Assembly (NCBI GenBank): GCA_028534125.1
Contig: CM052817.1
Location: forward strand, 70,434,001-70,498,000
Origin: Lama glama
Lineage: Eukaryota
Direction of reading: 5' to 3'
DNA length: 64,000 nt
In this document: in pieces, positions 38,695-51,089 of the stretch
How the letters are laid out: each line of letters opens with the position of its first letter
Position numbering within the stretch: the stretch's first letter is position 1
Notes under the pieces: generated by a model
Seen by the model: the letters and a program-made list of their open reading frames with translations, nothing else
What the model was told of the DNA's origin: nothing
The model's database searches: none
Made by a program: the position numbers and the translations under genes

Positions 38695-39264
38695 GGGGAT
38701 GGAGGGGACACCTTGGAGATTAGGACTTAGGCAAAAAGCCAATGACTGTCCTGAGAAATGTGGAACCAGGGATTGGAGGTCTGCAATCCTGGCTCTGTGA
38801 GGACAGCAGAGCAACTGTGGCTAGAGAATGTCTGCTCCTAAGCAGGAGACCCAGACTTCCCTAGGCTTTGCAGAAATTTCCATAAGGACTGATCCAAGGA
38901 CACACGGAGACTGTGACAGCAAGTAGTCATGGTGATCTCAGACAGAGAAAAGGAGAAAGCAGCAGCTGGGCCGTCCCAAGGAGGATCTCGGGGAGTAATT
39001 CAGATTGCCAGGCAGCTCATCTGTGATCTCATCCCTTTTTATGCACATCCCTGTCAGGTGGACATCTTGGTGCTCTCAGCAACATCCCTTCCATGCTACA
39101 TCCTTCTGGATTCACAAAAGCAGTTCCCAGTCACCACTCTGCCAGGGTGTCCTCCACACCCAGTGGGAAAAGGAAGGATCAGGCAGGCTCCCTGCTTGAT
39201 GGCCAGGAGTGCAAGCAGAGAGGATCATCCTGGCAGCCACATCTACTCACACTTACTGGAGAGG

Positions 39265-39835
39265 ATATTAGTCTTCTTTGATTGCAAGTAATAGAAGCAA
39301 GTAACTTGAACTAACACGAAGGGACGGGGGTGGGGGTGGCAGGGACCTGTCATGGAATCCAAGAGCAGGAATCAGCTAAGCTCGATGAGTGGCTGGAAGG
39401 AACTAGAAGGCCCCAGGGTTCACTCTCTTTTCGTGTTTTTCTGCCATTATCTGCACAGCTGCTTCACTCTGCTGACCCATGTCTCTGCCCCTTTGTGCAC
39501 AGGTACATGACAGGGTGCCTCCTTTTCACATTCTGTGACATTTTCCAGACAGGCTCTTTAACATAGTTACAAGTTATATTGCCTGAATTTATAAGTTATA
39601 TTTCTAGCCACATAAAGAGTTTTGAATCCCCACCTAATGGTTTCAAATATTGAATGATGAGTGACTGACATAGTTGGGTTTACACCCCTGGTCCAGTTAG
39701 TTACAGCAAGTGGGCTAAGTTCACAGAACACCCACATGGCTACAAGGGAGCAAACTGTGTCAAGGAAAACTCCCAGAGAAGGTGAAGGGAGGTCATTGGC
39801 TTATACCCTGGACAGATCCACCTAAACACATCTAC
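39265..39835 (-). mobile_element. Old MLT1 (MaLR) LTR
   Basis: tattagtc...gattgcaagtaatagaa...; cacccctggtccagttag...catggct. Confidence 0.45.
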
Positions 39836-40869
39836 TTCAGAGGGGGCTATATGAGCATGGGCACATCCCTGAACCTTCCTAGGTTTCCATTTTTTCCTAA
39901 ATAACAAGAGTGGTTGGGACTAAACACTTTTTGCGGTCAGTTCCAGCTTCAGTTTGAGCATCTATAAGGTCAGTGGCCCTCCTTTTCACATTCTGTGACA
40001 TTTTCTAGATCCCAACCACCATTTCTGGTGACTATGAGGGGGACATTCTACAGAAGAGCTGCCACCTTTTAGCCAAGACTCCCTTTCCTCTCCAATTGGT
40101 CAGAATTATTTTCCTTCTGGAAACTGGGAGCAGACTAGGGAAACTATGAAGGTGGCTCTGAGGGCAGGGCAGGACTGGGCAGGCAGCCTGGTTTGAGTCC
40201 TTCTGCCTCTTTCAGTCCCTGACATCGTGTAGGAGGCAGGCGGATGATTAGAATTGATGCACCGCACTTGCTGGTGAGCTTTTCCTTTCCTTGCAGCATG
40301 TCTTACCTTCCTGCCAGGTGACAATAGATGGTTCATCTGCTTTCATTCTGAACTTGACCCTGGATAATAGGAGCAGGTAGAAAGTGGATAAATAACCTTT
40401 TCCTCAGTTGACCTCTCTCCTGGCTCTTCCCAACCCGGTCAGTTATTTATTCACTTACATGCCCTAACATACATCAGATTGTTTTCGAACACTGCTCACA
40501 TCTGAGTCGCATCACACTTGGCGCTGCTCGCACCCTGGTGCGGCTCCAATACAACGTCTCCCAGTCGGTCACGCTTGGAGAAGGGGGGAGGGCACCGGAG
40601 CCCCTCCCACTCCCCGGGTGGCCCCGCCCACCCCTGGATCCCGGCGCTACCTCAGGTTCCTCCCACCCCAAACAGCAGCTTCTGTCTTCTCTGGGAAATC
40701 ATTTAAGCGAGTACAACCACCGCTGGCCTTCCAGATCAGAAAGTCACTCGTTGTTGTGTCCCAGGATTTCCCCCAGAATTTCTGGGCCCCGCGACTGTCA
40801 GAGAATCCCTCCTGGCGCGGATGGATGAACACAGGTCCCATTTCCAAGCCCCGTGTCTGGCAACTGTTG

Positions 40870-41035
40870 TTAACAATAGTAACAGCAGCATACCTATAGG
40901 GCACTTCCAACTTTCATCCACTTGCCGCTTTCTAATTTTCTCAAACAACCCATGTCAGATAGAGAGATTTTATGGGTGAAGACCCCTGCCCAAGGGCTCA
41001 CAGTCAGTTAGAGGTGGCAGTGGATTCCGGCTACA
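40870..41035 (-). mobile_element. MIR
   Basis: aacaatagtaacagc...caacccatgtcagatag...tgcccaagggctcacag. Confidence 0.45.
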
Positions 41036-41272
41036 GAAGAGGCTGCAGATCCTCAAGATTCTCAAGGCAGTGAGCTTTCAACTTGACTTCACTCCCTGCT
41101 AATAAGCACCCAGTAGTCATTCTCTTCTCTCATATCCTCTCATCTCCCACCTCTCAGTGCAATCAAGGTTGGAGCAGGAGGAAAGCAGACTTTTTAATAA
41201 TGTGCGAGGAGACAGACTCTGGAGTGACTGGAGAAAGAAAGGGAAAGCAGTTACTCTGGGGACTCACCTATT

Positions 41273-41283
41273 CCACACACACA

Positions 41284-41314
<31 letters not shown>
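41273..41314. repeat. (CA)n microsatellite
   Basis: About 20 CA units with one interruption. Confidence 0.95.
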
Positions 41315-41316
<2 letters not shown>

Positions 41317-42364
41317 ATAATGTGTGAATTACATTGCTCTAACTACAGCTTGCTACTACTAATTGTCAACATAGTTATTTCTAAATTTTTTTTTAATTAA
41401 GAGCTTTTACAAATGGGTTTTCACATGGTAGAATTCTTCAATCTTTTCTTCTTTGATTTCTGTATTGTGTAACACATTTAGAAAACTTTCTGCACTTTAT
41501 GATTTTATATATATGTATATATATATTTAAATTATCCCATAATTTTTTTCTAGTTTTTTTTTTTAACACTTTAATCTTTTACCTAAGGGAATTTAACCAA
41601 GTATGAAGTGTGGACTATGGTTCTAACTTCATTTTCCTCCAGAAGGCTGCCTAGTTAAGAAATAACCCACCACTTATGAACAGTTTAAAGACCAGATGTG
41701 TGGGATCCTACAGTTTGTAAGTGAGTTTTTGCCTGTGTCTTGCTAGTCGTATTTTATATTATTGGTAGGGGAGAGTGGAAAAAAAAAAGGTTTACATACA
41801 TGAACTACTCAGGAAAAAAATTTGTTCAATATGCTTTGATATATTCATAGTTATCAAATTGTGCCTTTAGTGAGAAAATGGAGTGAGGACACAAGAATGA
41901 ATAGTAACATTTCATTGAAGTAGTTAAGATGGCAGAAGTAGTGGTTAGCATATATGAAAAGTCAGCGGGAATTTTAAACCTTTAAAAAATGATATTTGGC
42001 GCTTTCTTCTGAGAGTCAGAGTAAGACAAACTGACAAATCAAGCAGAAGAGCAGGACGGCTAAGAGGCTGGGGAAGAAGTTGAACTCTTGGAGGAAGGCA
42101 GTTTTGTAAGGGCTTTCTTAGGTCAAAATGTAGGTGGTTAAGGCCAATTCTGTTATTTTGGTGGGCTCAAAAATGCTCAGATCCCTGCCCCATATGAATG
42201 TTCATAGAAATGGAGGGAATAAAATTGAATTGGTGACATTAGAGGGTGAAACGCTCTACCCCTTACATTCTCCTTCATTTAAGATTTGTTCTCTTAGTTG
42301 CCTTTAAGTATAATTATAAGTAACCTGGAGACTGCATTCCTTTTCAGTTCTACAATTGATTTTT

Positions 42365-42440
42365 TCCTATTTATTTATTTATTTATTGACGTATAGTCAG
42401 TTTACAATGTTGTGTCAATTTCTGGTGTACTGTATAATGT
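42365..42440 (-). mobile_element. Short L1 3' end
   Basis: (TTTA)n tail, tatagtcagtttacaatgttgtgtcaatttctggtgtac; TSD TACAATTGATTTTT at 42351-42364 and 42441-42454. Confidence 0.8.
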
Positions 42441-42929
42441 TACAATTGATTTTTACCATTTATTTAATATTTGATTACACTAAATGATTTTTAGAAAAGG
42501 AGTGAGGAGCAATCTTTGGGCAAATAAAGGCAACAAGGAGTGGCCTTGACACCCTTGTAATCCTCACGAGTCCTGCAGAGACAACTCCAAGCTCCAAAAA
42601 TCTAAGGAAAAGCAAGGTGCTTACCTTGCAAAAACTTCTCCAAGATCGGGACCCTAATTCTCAGCAATCTGATTGGGATCACTGCCCCTTCAACCCTGCA
42701 CCTGGAAAATGGTGTTTCTATATCTTTATTTGATATACATAATTCTAAAGTTATGGGACCATGTTTTCCTAATTATGCCAATGCCCAGGGGGAAAAAAAA
42801 AGCAGATATTTTAAAGAGATCAACACTCAAACTGTTCTGAATAGGATAAGAAGAATGTTGTAATGAAAGTATTTTTCTTGTTATCCATTTATGTGTTCAC
42901 ATTCATACACCAAGGAGTGACTATGTGCT

Positions 42930-43255
42930 TGTTAGAAAATGTTAGCTTGCAAAAATAGAAAATCCAATTCAAATTAGATTAATGAACAAAAAGGATTTAT
43001 TGGCTTATTTAACTGAAATGTCCAGAGGAAGAGCAGGCTTTAGGGTTGATTTTTTTCAGTGTTTCAACAGTGTGCTTCTCTCCACAGAGGTATTACTTTT
43101 ATCCTCACACTGGCTGAGTGTCTATAGAAGTTTTAGATTCACCTCTAAAAACAGGAGAGCTCTTCTGTTCCAGCATTCACTCTGCTGGAAACAGCTTAAG
43201 CCAATAGTCCATGGATTGTGGGCCAAGGAATGGAAAATGCTGACTGACTACATCG
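42930..43255 (-). mobile_element. Old MLT1 LTR truncated by the gap
   Basis: gttagcttgcaaaaatagaaaatccaattcaaa...ggatttattggct...aactgaaatgtccagag. Confidence 0.55.
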
Positions 43256-43259
43256 ACGA

Positions 43260-43759
43260 NNNNNNNNNNNNNNNNNNNNNNNNNNNNNNNNNNNNNNNNN
43301 NNNNNNNNNNNNNNNNNNNNNNNNNNNNNNNNNNNNNNNNNNNNNNNNNNNNNNNNNNNNNNNNNNNNNNNNNNNNNNNNNNNNNNNNNNNNNNNNNNNN
43401 NNNNNNNNNNNNNNNNNNNNNNNNNNNNNNNNNNNNNNNNNNNNNNNNNNNNNNNNNNNNNNNNNNNNNNNNNNNNNNNNNNNNNNNNNNNNNNNNNNNN
43501 NNNNNNNNNNNNNNNNNNNNNNNNNNNNNNNNNNNNNNNNNNNNNNNNNNNNNNNNNNNNNNNNNNNNNNNNNNNNNNNNNNNNNNNNNNNNNNNNNNNN
43601 NNNNNNNNNNNNNNNNNNNNNNNNNNNNNNNNNNNNNNNNNNNNNNNNNNNNNNNNNNNNNNNNNNNNNNNNNNNNNNNNNNNNNNNNNNNNNNNNNNNN
43701 NNNNNNNNNNNNNNNNNNNNNNNNNNNNNNNNNNNNNNNNNNNNNNNNNNNNNNNNNNN
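43260..43759. other. Assembly gap (500 N)
   Basis: Exactly 500 N. Confidence 1.
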
Positions 43760-45184
43760 TGTTTTCTATCACTCTTGACCTGTGACGCTTTCAAAGAGAC
43801 ACATGGAAACAATCACAATGAAAGGATTTCATGCACTTTTGGAGCAAAGCTTATTTATTCAAATTATCTTTATATTTGGATCCCATCACATTAGAGGACT
43901 TTAGAGAAACTCTTAGGTTTTATTTTCAGAGCTATGGATTTTTTAATTTAATAATTTATTATTATTATTATTAGGTAGAAATAAATTGACTCAGTTTGAG
44001 GGCTTAATTATAATTTTGTATTATTCACTGGAGATTTTTCCTATTGAATATGTAAATTGATTCTTTTGTTTGAGGATCCCAAAGCAGTTCTTGGTAACAA
44101 TGATAAATCTTCACATTTCCATGGAAAGGCCAAATACATATAAATTACCAGCTATAGAGGCTTTACTCTTTATTCGAATGTATCAGAACCATCTTGATTT
44201 TTTTTGAGTTTTACTTCCATAACTTTTGAATATCAGAGAAAAATCATCGTTTTGCTCCTTTTAAAGCTGATGCACCAGGACCTCAGTAGTTAGAGAAAAA
44301 AGGATTAAATTAACCTTGAGTTGTCATGCATCGGACTGTGGACTCCAAGAGCTGGGAAGGTCCTGATTTTCTAAAGAAGAGATTTTGGCTCTTGACTCAT
44401 TAGAGTAATGTGTAGTCTCAACCTGGCACTCTTTGACCTGCATAAGGGTAAGAAAACACTTAGCTCACTTGTTGGCCACAGAAACAGTTGACCCTCATAT
44501 TTTCTCATTAAGGCTTGATATATAAGCATAGCGTGTCTCTGAGTGTTTCTGTAGAAATAGGAGATTCTCTACCCTCCCAAATCCATTATAGGTCTGAAGC
44601 TGAGCCACTCCATGGGTACAGCCATGGTGTCTGGAATCAAACACACATTGTCCACAGACCAGGAAGAAGGAGTTTGGGCTGCTTCTGCATTCTTCATGTA
44701 TGTTTGTCAACTATGAATATACTGTTATAAATCCACATACCTTAAAAGGTATTTTTTTTACTGTGTATAAATTATACTTCACATATAATTAAACTTGAAT
44801 TAAAAAAATAAATTGATTCTTGGGAAACAGGTTTCTATGAGGAAAACCTGGAATAAATGAGTTTCTTTAATTTAGAAAAGATAAATTTGGGAACAGTTTA
44901 TTAATATTGGAAACCCAAATGCCAATTTTCCCCTCCACCTTAAGGGTCACTCTGTACCATTATATTTTGTAAAAAGGGAAAAACTTAGATTCAACCATGA
45001 ATAATTTACTTGGCTTCAGGATGGGGTGTGGTGGGCTTTGGCATGCCATTCCAGAAGACCCACAGAGGACAGTTACTGGTCCACCCAAGTCCATTCTTTT
45101 TAATGGACTCTTTGCCAGGGTGGCTTGTGCAGATACACTTGTTTATTCTTTTTAAGTGTCCATGAGGTACCTGCTGGAAGATAA

Positions 45185-45226
45185 ACACACACGCGCACAC
45201 ACACGCGCGCACACACATTCACACAC
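45185..45226. repeat. (CA/CG)n microsatellite
   Basis: acacacacgcgcacacacacgcgcgcacacac. Confidence 0.85.
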
Positions 45227-45437
45227 TCTTACATACATCTCCCAAGGACCAATATAAATTCTCAGAAATTATATGCACTTAACACATAAAAAGGACGATA
45301 ATCATTTCTCTAATTGAATTCTAATTATAAGGTTTAATCTGTCCACAATAAAATTGGTTCTTAATTGTTCCATTACTGACCCTCTAACGGCAGCTTCCTT
45401 AGCTACATGAACACCCCTCTTGTTTCAAATCTTTAAG

Positions 45438-46062
45438 CCAATGTTTCTCATAATATGATCCTCAGACTACCTGTATCAGAATTATCTAAGATGATTGTTA
45501 AAAATGCAGATATCTGAAAATGAATTTCTAAGGGCAGACTTCAGGACGTAATAGGGAAGAAAAAGTCTTGCTCTATGTTAGACCTGTTTCTTTTACCTTT
45601 GTATTCTATTGGTTGGTAATCATAAAAGTGATGTTGCCTGGGAGCTTAAATTGTACATAGTGGCCCATCTCTGGGAACCCTGCCTCCCAGGTAATGAGCA
45701 TTAAGCTAAAATACCTTTCTTTAGCTCACAGGAAACATTCTGAACAGGCCCACCTGTGAATGGCTGCAGGAAGAAGGAAATTAACACATCTCTCTGGAGG
45801 CTGGCCAGGCCTTTACCCCTTCCCCTTTTAGTATAAAAGAAGACTGCATTCAAACTTGGAGAGCATGGTTCTCTAGAACATTAGTCCACCATCTTCTTGG
45901 TCTACTGGCTTTCTGAATAAAATCATTATTCCTTGCCCCAACACCTCGTCTCCCAATTTATTGGCCTATTGTGCAGATCACAGAATGAGTAACAAAGAAT
46001 CTGCATATTTTAAAAGTCTCCAGGTGATTATTATACCATCAGAATTTGAGAAAACCTGTTTT
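45438..46062. mobile_element. MER5-like MITE split by an LTR insertion
   Basis: Left half gtttctca...atcagaatt...gttaaaaatgcagat; right half gaatctgcatattttaaaagtctccaggtgatt...tttgagaa. Confidence 0.65.
45547..45994 (+). mobile_element. Solo ERV1-class LTR (~448 bp)
   Basis: (T>C)GTAA...TAACA termini, TATAAAAG ~45832, AATAAA ~45916, near-TSD agga/aaga. Confidence 0.75.
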
Positions 46063-46679
46063 AACTGCTGTTATGAAAGGATTAATTCTTTTTTCTGTTT
46101 GTACAGGATACAAAACAAGAGCAAACTCTCCCTGCTACGTTTTAATTTTGGAGGTTATCAGTCCTAGGAATGGATTGAAACCTTGAGTAGTTCATATATT
46201 CTAAAGATTTTTAGTAGAGATCAATGTCCATCTTTCTGAAGTGGTGTGAGGGGGCAAAGCACTAAGGGATGGCACACAGCAACCCACCCACCTCTGTGTA
46301 GAAGGCACTGGGCTAAGGCACCGTGATCAATGATTTGTGTTAGTGGGTTCTTCCTTCTATCCATCTTTCCTTCCTTCCTTCCCTCTTTTCTTCCATTTAA
46401 GAAATTTCTATGTAACTGTGTATAAATTTGAATTAACAAAACACTAAGTTTGTAATATAGCCTCATCTTTGGCTCATGCATGGCCTTTTATTTCACTCAG
46501 TTATTTAATTTGATATATTTAAATAATGCAATAGGTACCAGAAAACATAACCCTTAAATGAAAAGCTAGGACTTTGACAGTAAATGACAATTGACCGCAT
46601 GGTACCTCCTATCCAACCATCCTTTGTCATCCCTCACCAGCCTCCTGTATTCATCATTATCTTGTTTTGCTTTCTGGGG

Positions 46680-47208
46680 TTAATGAAAATATTGCCGTAT
46701 CAGTAAACAAAGGATATTACAGTCATCAAGCTATCACATTGTGGTCGGTCAGACCACATTGTGGTCGGTGAGCCCTGAGGGAACTCAGGATGGAAACAGG
46801 ATGCCTGCCACCAAGCTCTCAGCCAGTGCTGCCACTCCCAAAGGTGCACCCTGAGGAGACTCAGGATGGGAAAGCACAGGATACTGGCCCTGCCTAGATA
46901 GCTGAGGTGCATATCAAAGAAATGATTTCAATGAGCCTAGACTTTTGCATGTTCCCAGACATAGGAAAGTGCTAAATTCCTTACCTTGAGATACCTGGTT
47001 TTCTTTAATTAACAGTAATGTTTTGATGTTCCGACTAGCTGGTCTTTTGTTGCACAAACTCCTTTATTACCTGGCTCCCTCTTACTTCTTGGAGCAGTCC
47101 CTTAGAGTGATCTGAGAGGTTGTCTTGGGGCTTGAAGTCCTCAGAATGTCTGCCAAATAAAACATAATTCTCAACTTTTAAGTTGTGCTTTTTTTTTTTC
47201 AGTCAACA
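46680..47208 (+). mobile_element. Solo ERV1-class LTR
   Basis: Internal cctgag...ctcagg repeats; AATAAA then cataattctcaacttt...tttcagtcaaCA end. Confidence 0.7.
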
Positions 47209-47224
47209 CTAAATACATTTTTTT

Positions 47225-48125
47225 TAGTACCGTTATTTCCCCGTATTGATCAGGATCAATTGCTCCCATGAGTTAAAGGAACTGCCTTCTTTGTCAGTTG
47301 ATTCAGTGGCATGAAGAGAAGGGGGAGCCCAAAGTGGCCAGGTGGAACCTCCATTTCTAGGAGGAATCACTGTCGTGTCTTTTCGTGAAAGGTTTATTCC
47401 CTTTAGAACCAAAACTTCTAGACCAGCAGATCCTAAAGTTGTGGAGATAGCAAGCAAAAATTTTTCTAGAGGGTCACTGTGCTTAATAGTGAGAGGAGTC
47501 ACTTTCATTTCCAGCCCTTGATCGCCAGCCCTGTGAATCCTGGCTGTGGGAGAAAGAGCACCATATATTGGTCGTGAATTTAGATGATGTACTGCATTCT
47601 GGAGGGCATCTCTCCAGCTCTGCAGAGGCCACCCACCATACTTGTAAGCTAATTGCTTCTAGATGACGGAGAACGTGGGAAGACCAGTGAGCGCTATGAT
47701 CCCCGGCCCTCTTCCACATTTCATGTTCTGCGGAGTGAGTTCCTTAGTCAGAAGAGATGCAGTATGTGGTACCACGTCAGTTGAAAATGATTCTGTAGGT
47801 CCACAAATGATGGTAGAAACATTTCAGGCAGGAAAGGGAAATCTGTATCCAGAGTAACTGTCTCCTTCAGTAGAAACAAAGCACTACCCCTTCTATGATT
47901 AAAGCAATATAACGGAAGCAACCTGTCACAAGCTAGTTGGCTGATTCCCTGGGGAATGGTGCCGTGTGGGAGTGTTGGTACACTGGGCACTCAGGAGTGG
48001 CTGCTGCCTGGTTGACCTTGGGGAGTAGAAATCCTTATTGCTGAGTCTATGCATAACCTCCATTCCTGCTGCTAAGGCCACTTTTTTCATTACCCCATTG
48101 AGCAACAACAGGAGTGACTAGGTGA
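47225..48125 (-). mobile_element. ERVL internal remnant (degraded integrase and downstream region)
   Basis: Frameshifted - strand translations VAQWGNEKSG..RNGGYA, HGTIPQG and TIKHSDPLEKFLLAISTTLGSAGLEVLV resemble HERV-L/MuERV-L pol C-terminal motifs. Confidence 0.75.
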
Positions 48126-49249
48126 TTGCGTCTGATCATCACTGGGAAGTTAGTGTTTCTATAAAAGCAATCTGTAGAATTGAAACCCTTTAGAAAAGAA
48201 GTATAAATAAAGGAGCAGTTCAGGAAGGAAAAAAAAAAAAGAAACAAATTGGGAATCCCAAGATAGATATCATAGGTTAGGAATCTCACAGAGCAACATT
48301 TTGGGACTAGTGAAGAATAAAAGCAAATAATTGAATAGATGAAAGGAATGAGTGATTAGTTCTCTCTCTCAATCTTCTTTGTTTCTACCTTTTAAATTCT
48401 TTTTGCAGCAAGAAGAACATAAGTATGTGTGAGGCATCAGGGGATCTGCTTAAAACCAGGGAGTCCTCAGGGTGTTCTGAAGGAACAAATGTTGGGGGAC
48501 TGTGTCTCTCTGCAAATCGTTTTTGCTTTCTAAATCTGTATTTTCTGCTCCCACAGCCCCATTTCCACTTCAAATCCTGTGTTATTATTGCAATTTTCTT
48601 CTCTCCAGGGGATGGAAAATGCATTCTGGATTTCTACTTTCCTCGGGGTAGCAATTTATTTCGGTTCAGAGATGATATTGTTATTGGTATAAAAAGTAGC
48701 AAGGATGCATAAGCCAGCATTTGGTGGCCAATGTCCCATGATATTCAGGTCAATACTACCTAGTAGGATTATTGTGTATTTGTTACTGCATCACTTGGGT
48801 GGGTTTTCCTAATTAATATTTTTGTGTCTGTCACTGACTGATAAACTGTGTTTTGCTTTTGCTTGCTAGTAGTTCAAAGCCAATTTATCAAAATGACTCA
48901 TTTCACAACATTTCATTAGCAGATTTAACCATCTATGTCATTGATTACTCTTTTATGCCTCTGACCCCAACATTTAGAAATGATGTGGAGGAAAAAGCAC
49001 TGGCCCAGGAGTCAGAGTTATCTTGGTGTCACTCCCAGCTTTGCCTCTAAAGGTATGGGCACCTCATCCAGTAACTCAGCATCTATGGCCTTCAGTTTAT
49101 CCATCAAACAAGGAAGCTGAACCAAACACCCACCCCAAAGGAAATACTAAAAGGGTGTTTTTCAAGAAAAAAGAAAAATCATTCCAAATGGAAGGAAGAA
49201 ATGAAGAGCAATAAAAAGTGTATATATAAAGCTATATCTATATGCCTAA

Positions 49250-50960
49250 GATTACAGACTTAACATACAAAACAGTAACATTCAGAGGGAGATATGAAAC
49301 AGAGATATTCTAAAGTCTTTGCATTGACCAGAAAGAGGATAAAAATCCCAATCAATATTGCAATGTTGGATTTTAATGAGTATTGGCTTGGTTTTCCAGA
49401 ATTTTGTTTAGGATTTTTGCATATATATAATATATAGGACATATATAGAATAGAATATTGTATATATAATCTCTCTATATAAAGTAATTCATTATGAACA
49501 AGTTGAGTTAATTTCAGGTTAGTTTCACATTTGAAACTAAATCTGTATTTATCACCTATGTAATTTTCCTGCCAAAAATGTTTAACATGAATTTAATCAT
49601 GAGGAAAATTATATAAATTCAAATTGAGAGACATTCTTCAAAACGTCCAACTGGTTGGACTCTTCAAAAATATCAATCTCATAAAGGAAAAAAAAAACAA
49701 GGAAATAGTCTAGATTAAGGGGACTAAGCAGCAGAGACAACTACATGCTATGCAGAATCCTGGATCGGCGTCTGAAGTTTTAAAAAAGGGTATCAGGGAC
49801 ATTACTGACATAATTTAAAATTTGAATATAAATTGTAGATTAGGTAATGTTATGAATTAATCTCAAATGTTCCTAATATGATCATTGATTTGTAGGAGAA
49901 TGTCTTTGTTTTGGGGAAAGGCAAAGTAAAATATTTAGGATGAATTGCCTTAGTGTCACCAATTAAGTTCCAAATGGCTCAAATGGCTTGGCCAAAGCCA
50001 AAAAGTGCATGCGTAGGTACATAGGTAGAAAAGTAAAGGAGCAAAATATTAAAAACTGGTGAATCCAGGTGAAGGATACATGGAATTTGTACTCTTATGA
50101 GAATCTCTCCTGAAAGTTTAAAATTTTTCAAAATAAAAACTTGGGGGAAATTATATAGAAGATATTTAAAATACAATAAAAATGATATAACAAAATATAA
50201 AGTGACTACTGATGTGAAGGAAATTAACAATGAAATCCAAATGATAAAGTGGCTTTAAAAAAATACACAATGAAAGGAACTCCTCAAAGAGAGGACTGGA
50301 ATCATTGATAGGCAGTTAGTAAGAAAGGGATCATGTGCTTAAAAAAGAATAAAGAGATCATTAAAATCGTCACATTGACAGAATAAAGAAGATCTTATAA
50401 TCATTTAAATAAATACAAACATTCTTTGGTAAAATTCATGGCCCACTGTCCATTCATGAGAAAAACTTGTAGCCAAGCAGGAACTGAAGAGATTATGCCT
50501 AATTTTATTAAGGTATTCAAACACACACACACACACATACACACACACACAGAGTCTACAGCAAGTATCATGCTTAGTGGTAAAATGCTGAACACTTTCT
50601 CTTTGAGACACAACAATACAAGGGTGTCTGCTCTTACCAGTTTTGGTGATGACCATATTAGATGTCCTAGCCCATGGAGTAAAACAAAAAGCAAAACAAA
50701 AGATATAGAAATCACAAAGAAATAAATGCCACTATTCTCAGCTGATATGATTATATGTGTACAAATCCAAAAGAGTTGACAATCTGTGGAATTTGCAAGT
50801 GAGTTTAGCTAGTTTGCTGAAATCAGTTAATTATGCAAAAATCAACTGAACTTCTAAACACCAAGAACAATTAGAAAATAAATATTTTTACAAAGATGCT
50901 GTTTACAGTGGCACCAAAATGTACCAAATACCTCTGAATAAAACCTAACAACATTTAGAT
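49250..50960 (+). mobile_element. Old L1M fragments (3'UTR and ORF2 pieces)
   Basis: aattcaaattgagagacattct; ttgtaggagaatgtc; ggtaaaatgctgaacacttt...aacaatacaagggtg; gtgagtttagc. Confidence 0.65.
50521..50550. repeat. (CA)n microsatellite
   Basis: About 15 CA units. Confidence 0.9.
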
Positions 50961-51089
50961 TCAGCAAGGAATAGATCACTTGTTTCAGAGCAATTAGGAG
51001 ATGGTCTTGAATTCTCTGCTCTTCTACTTTAGCTTGACGTCTTATCTTGGAAACAGAGCTTTTCTCCTTGCTCTCCCCGAGGAAGCTGC

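Noticed and set aside
41319..41340. ATG TGT GAA TTA (MCEL), like the ETNPPL N-terminus
   Set aside because: Wrong strand and place, only four codons, no continuation.
43768..43780. ITLD-coding 13-mer next to the gap, resembling the end of ETNPPL exon 4
   Set aside because: Wrong strand, too short, and flanks do not match.
42982..43812. Longest ORFs in the track (267, 211 and 174 aa)
   Set aside because: Artefacts of translating through the N gap.
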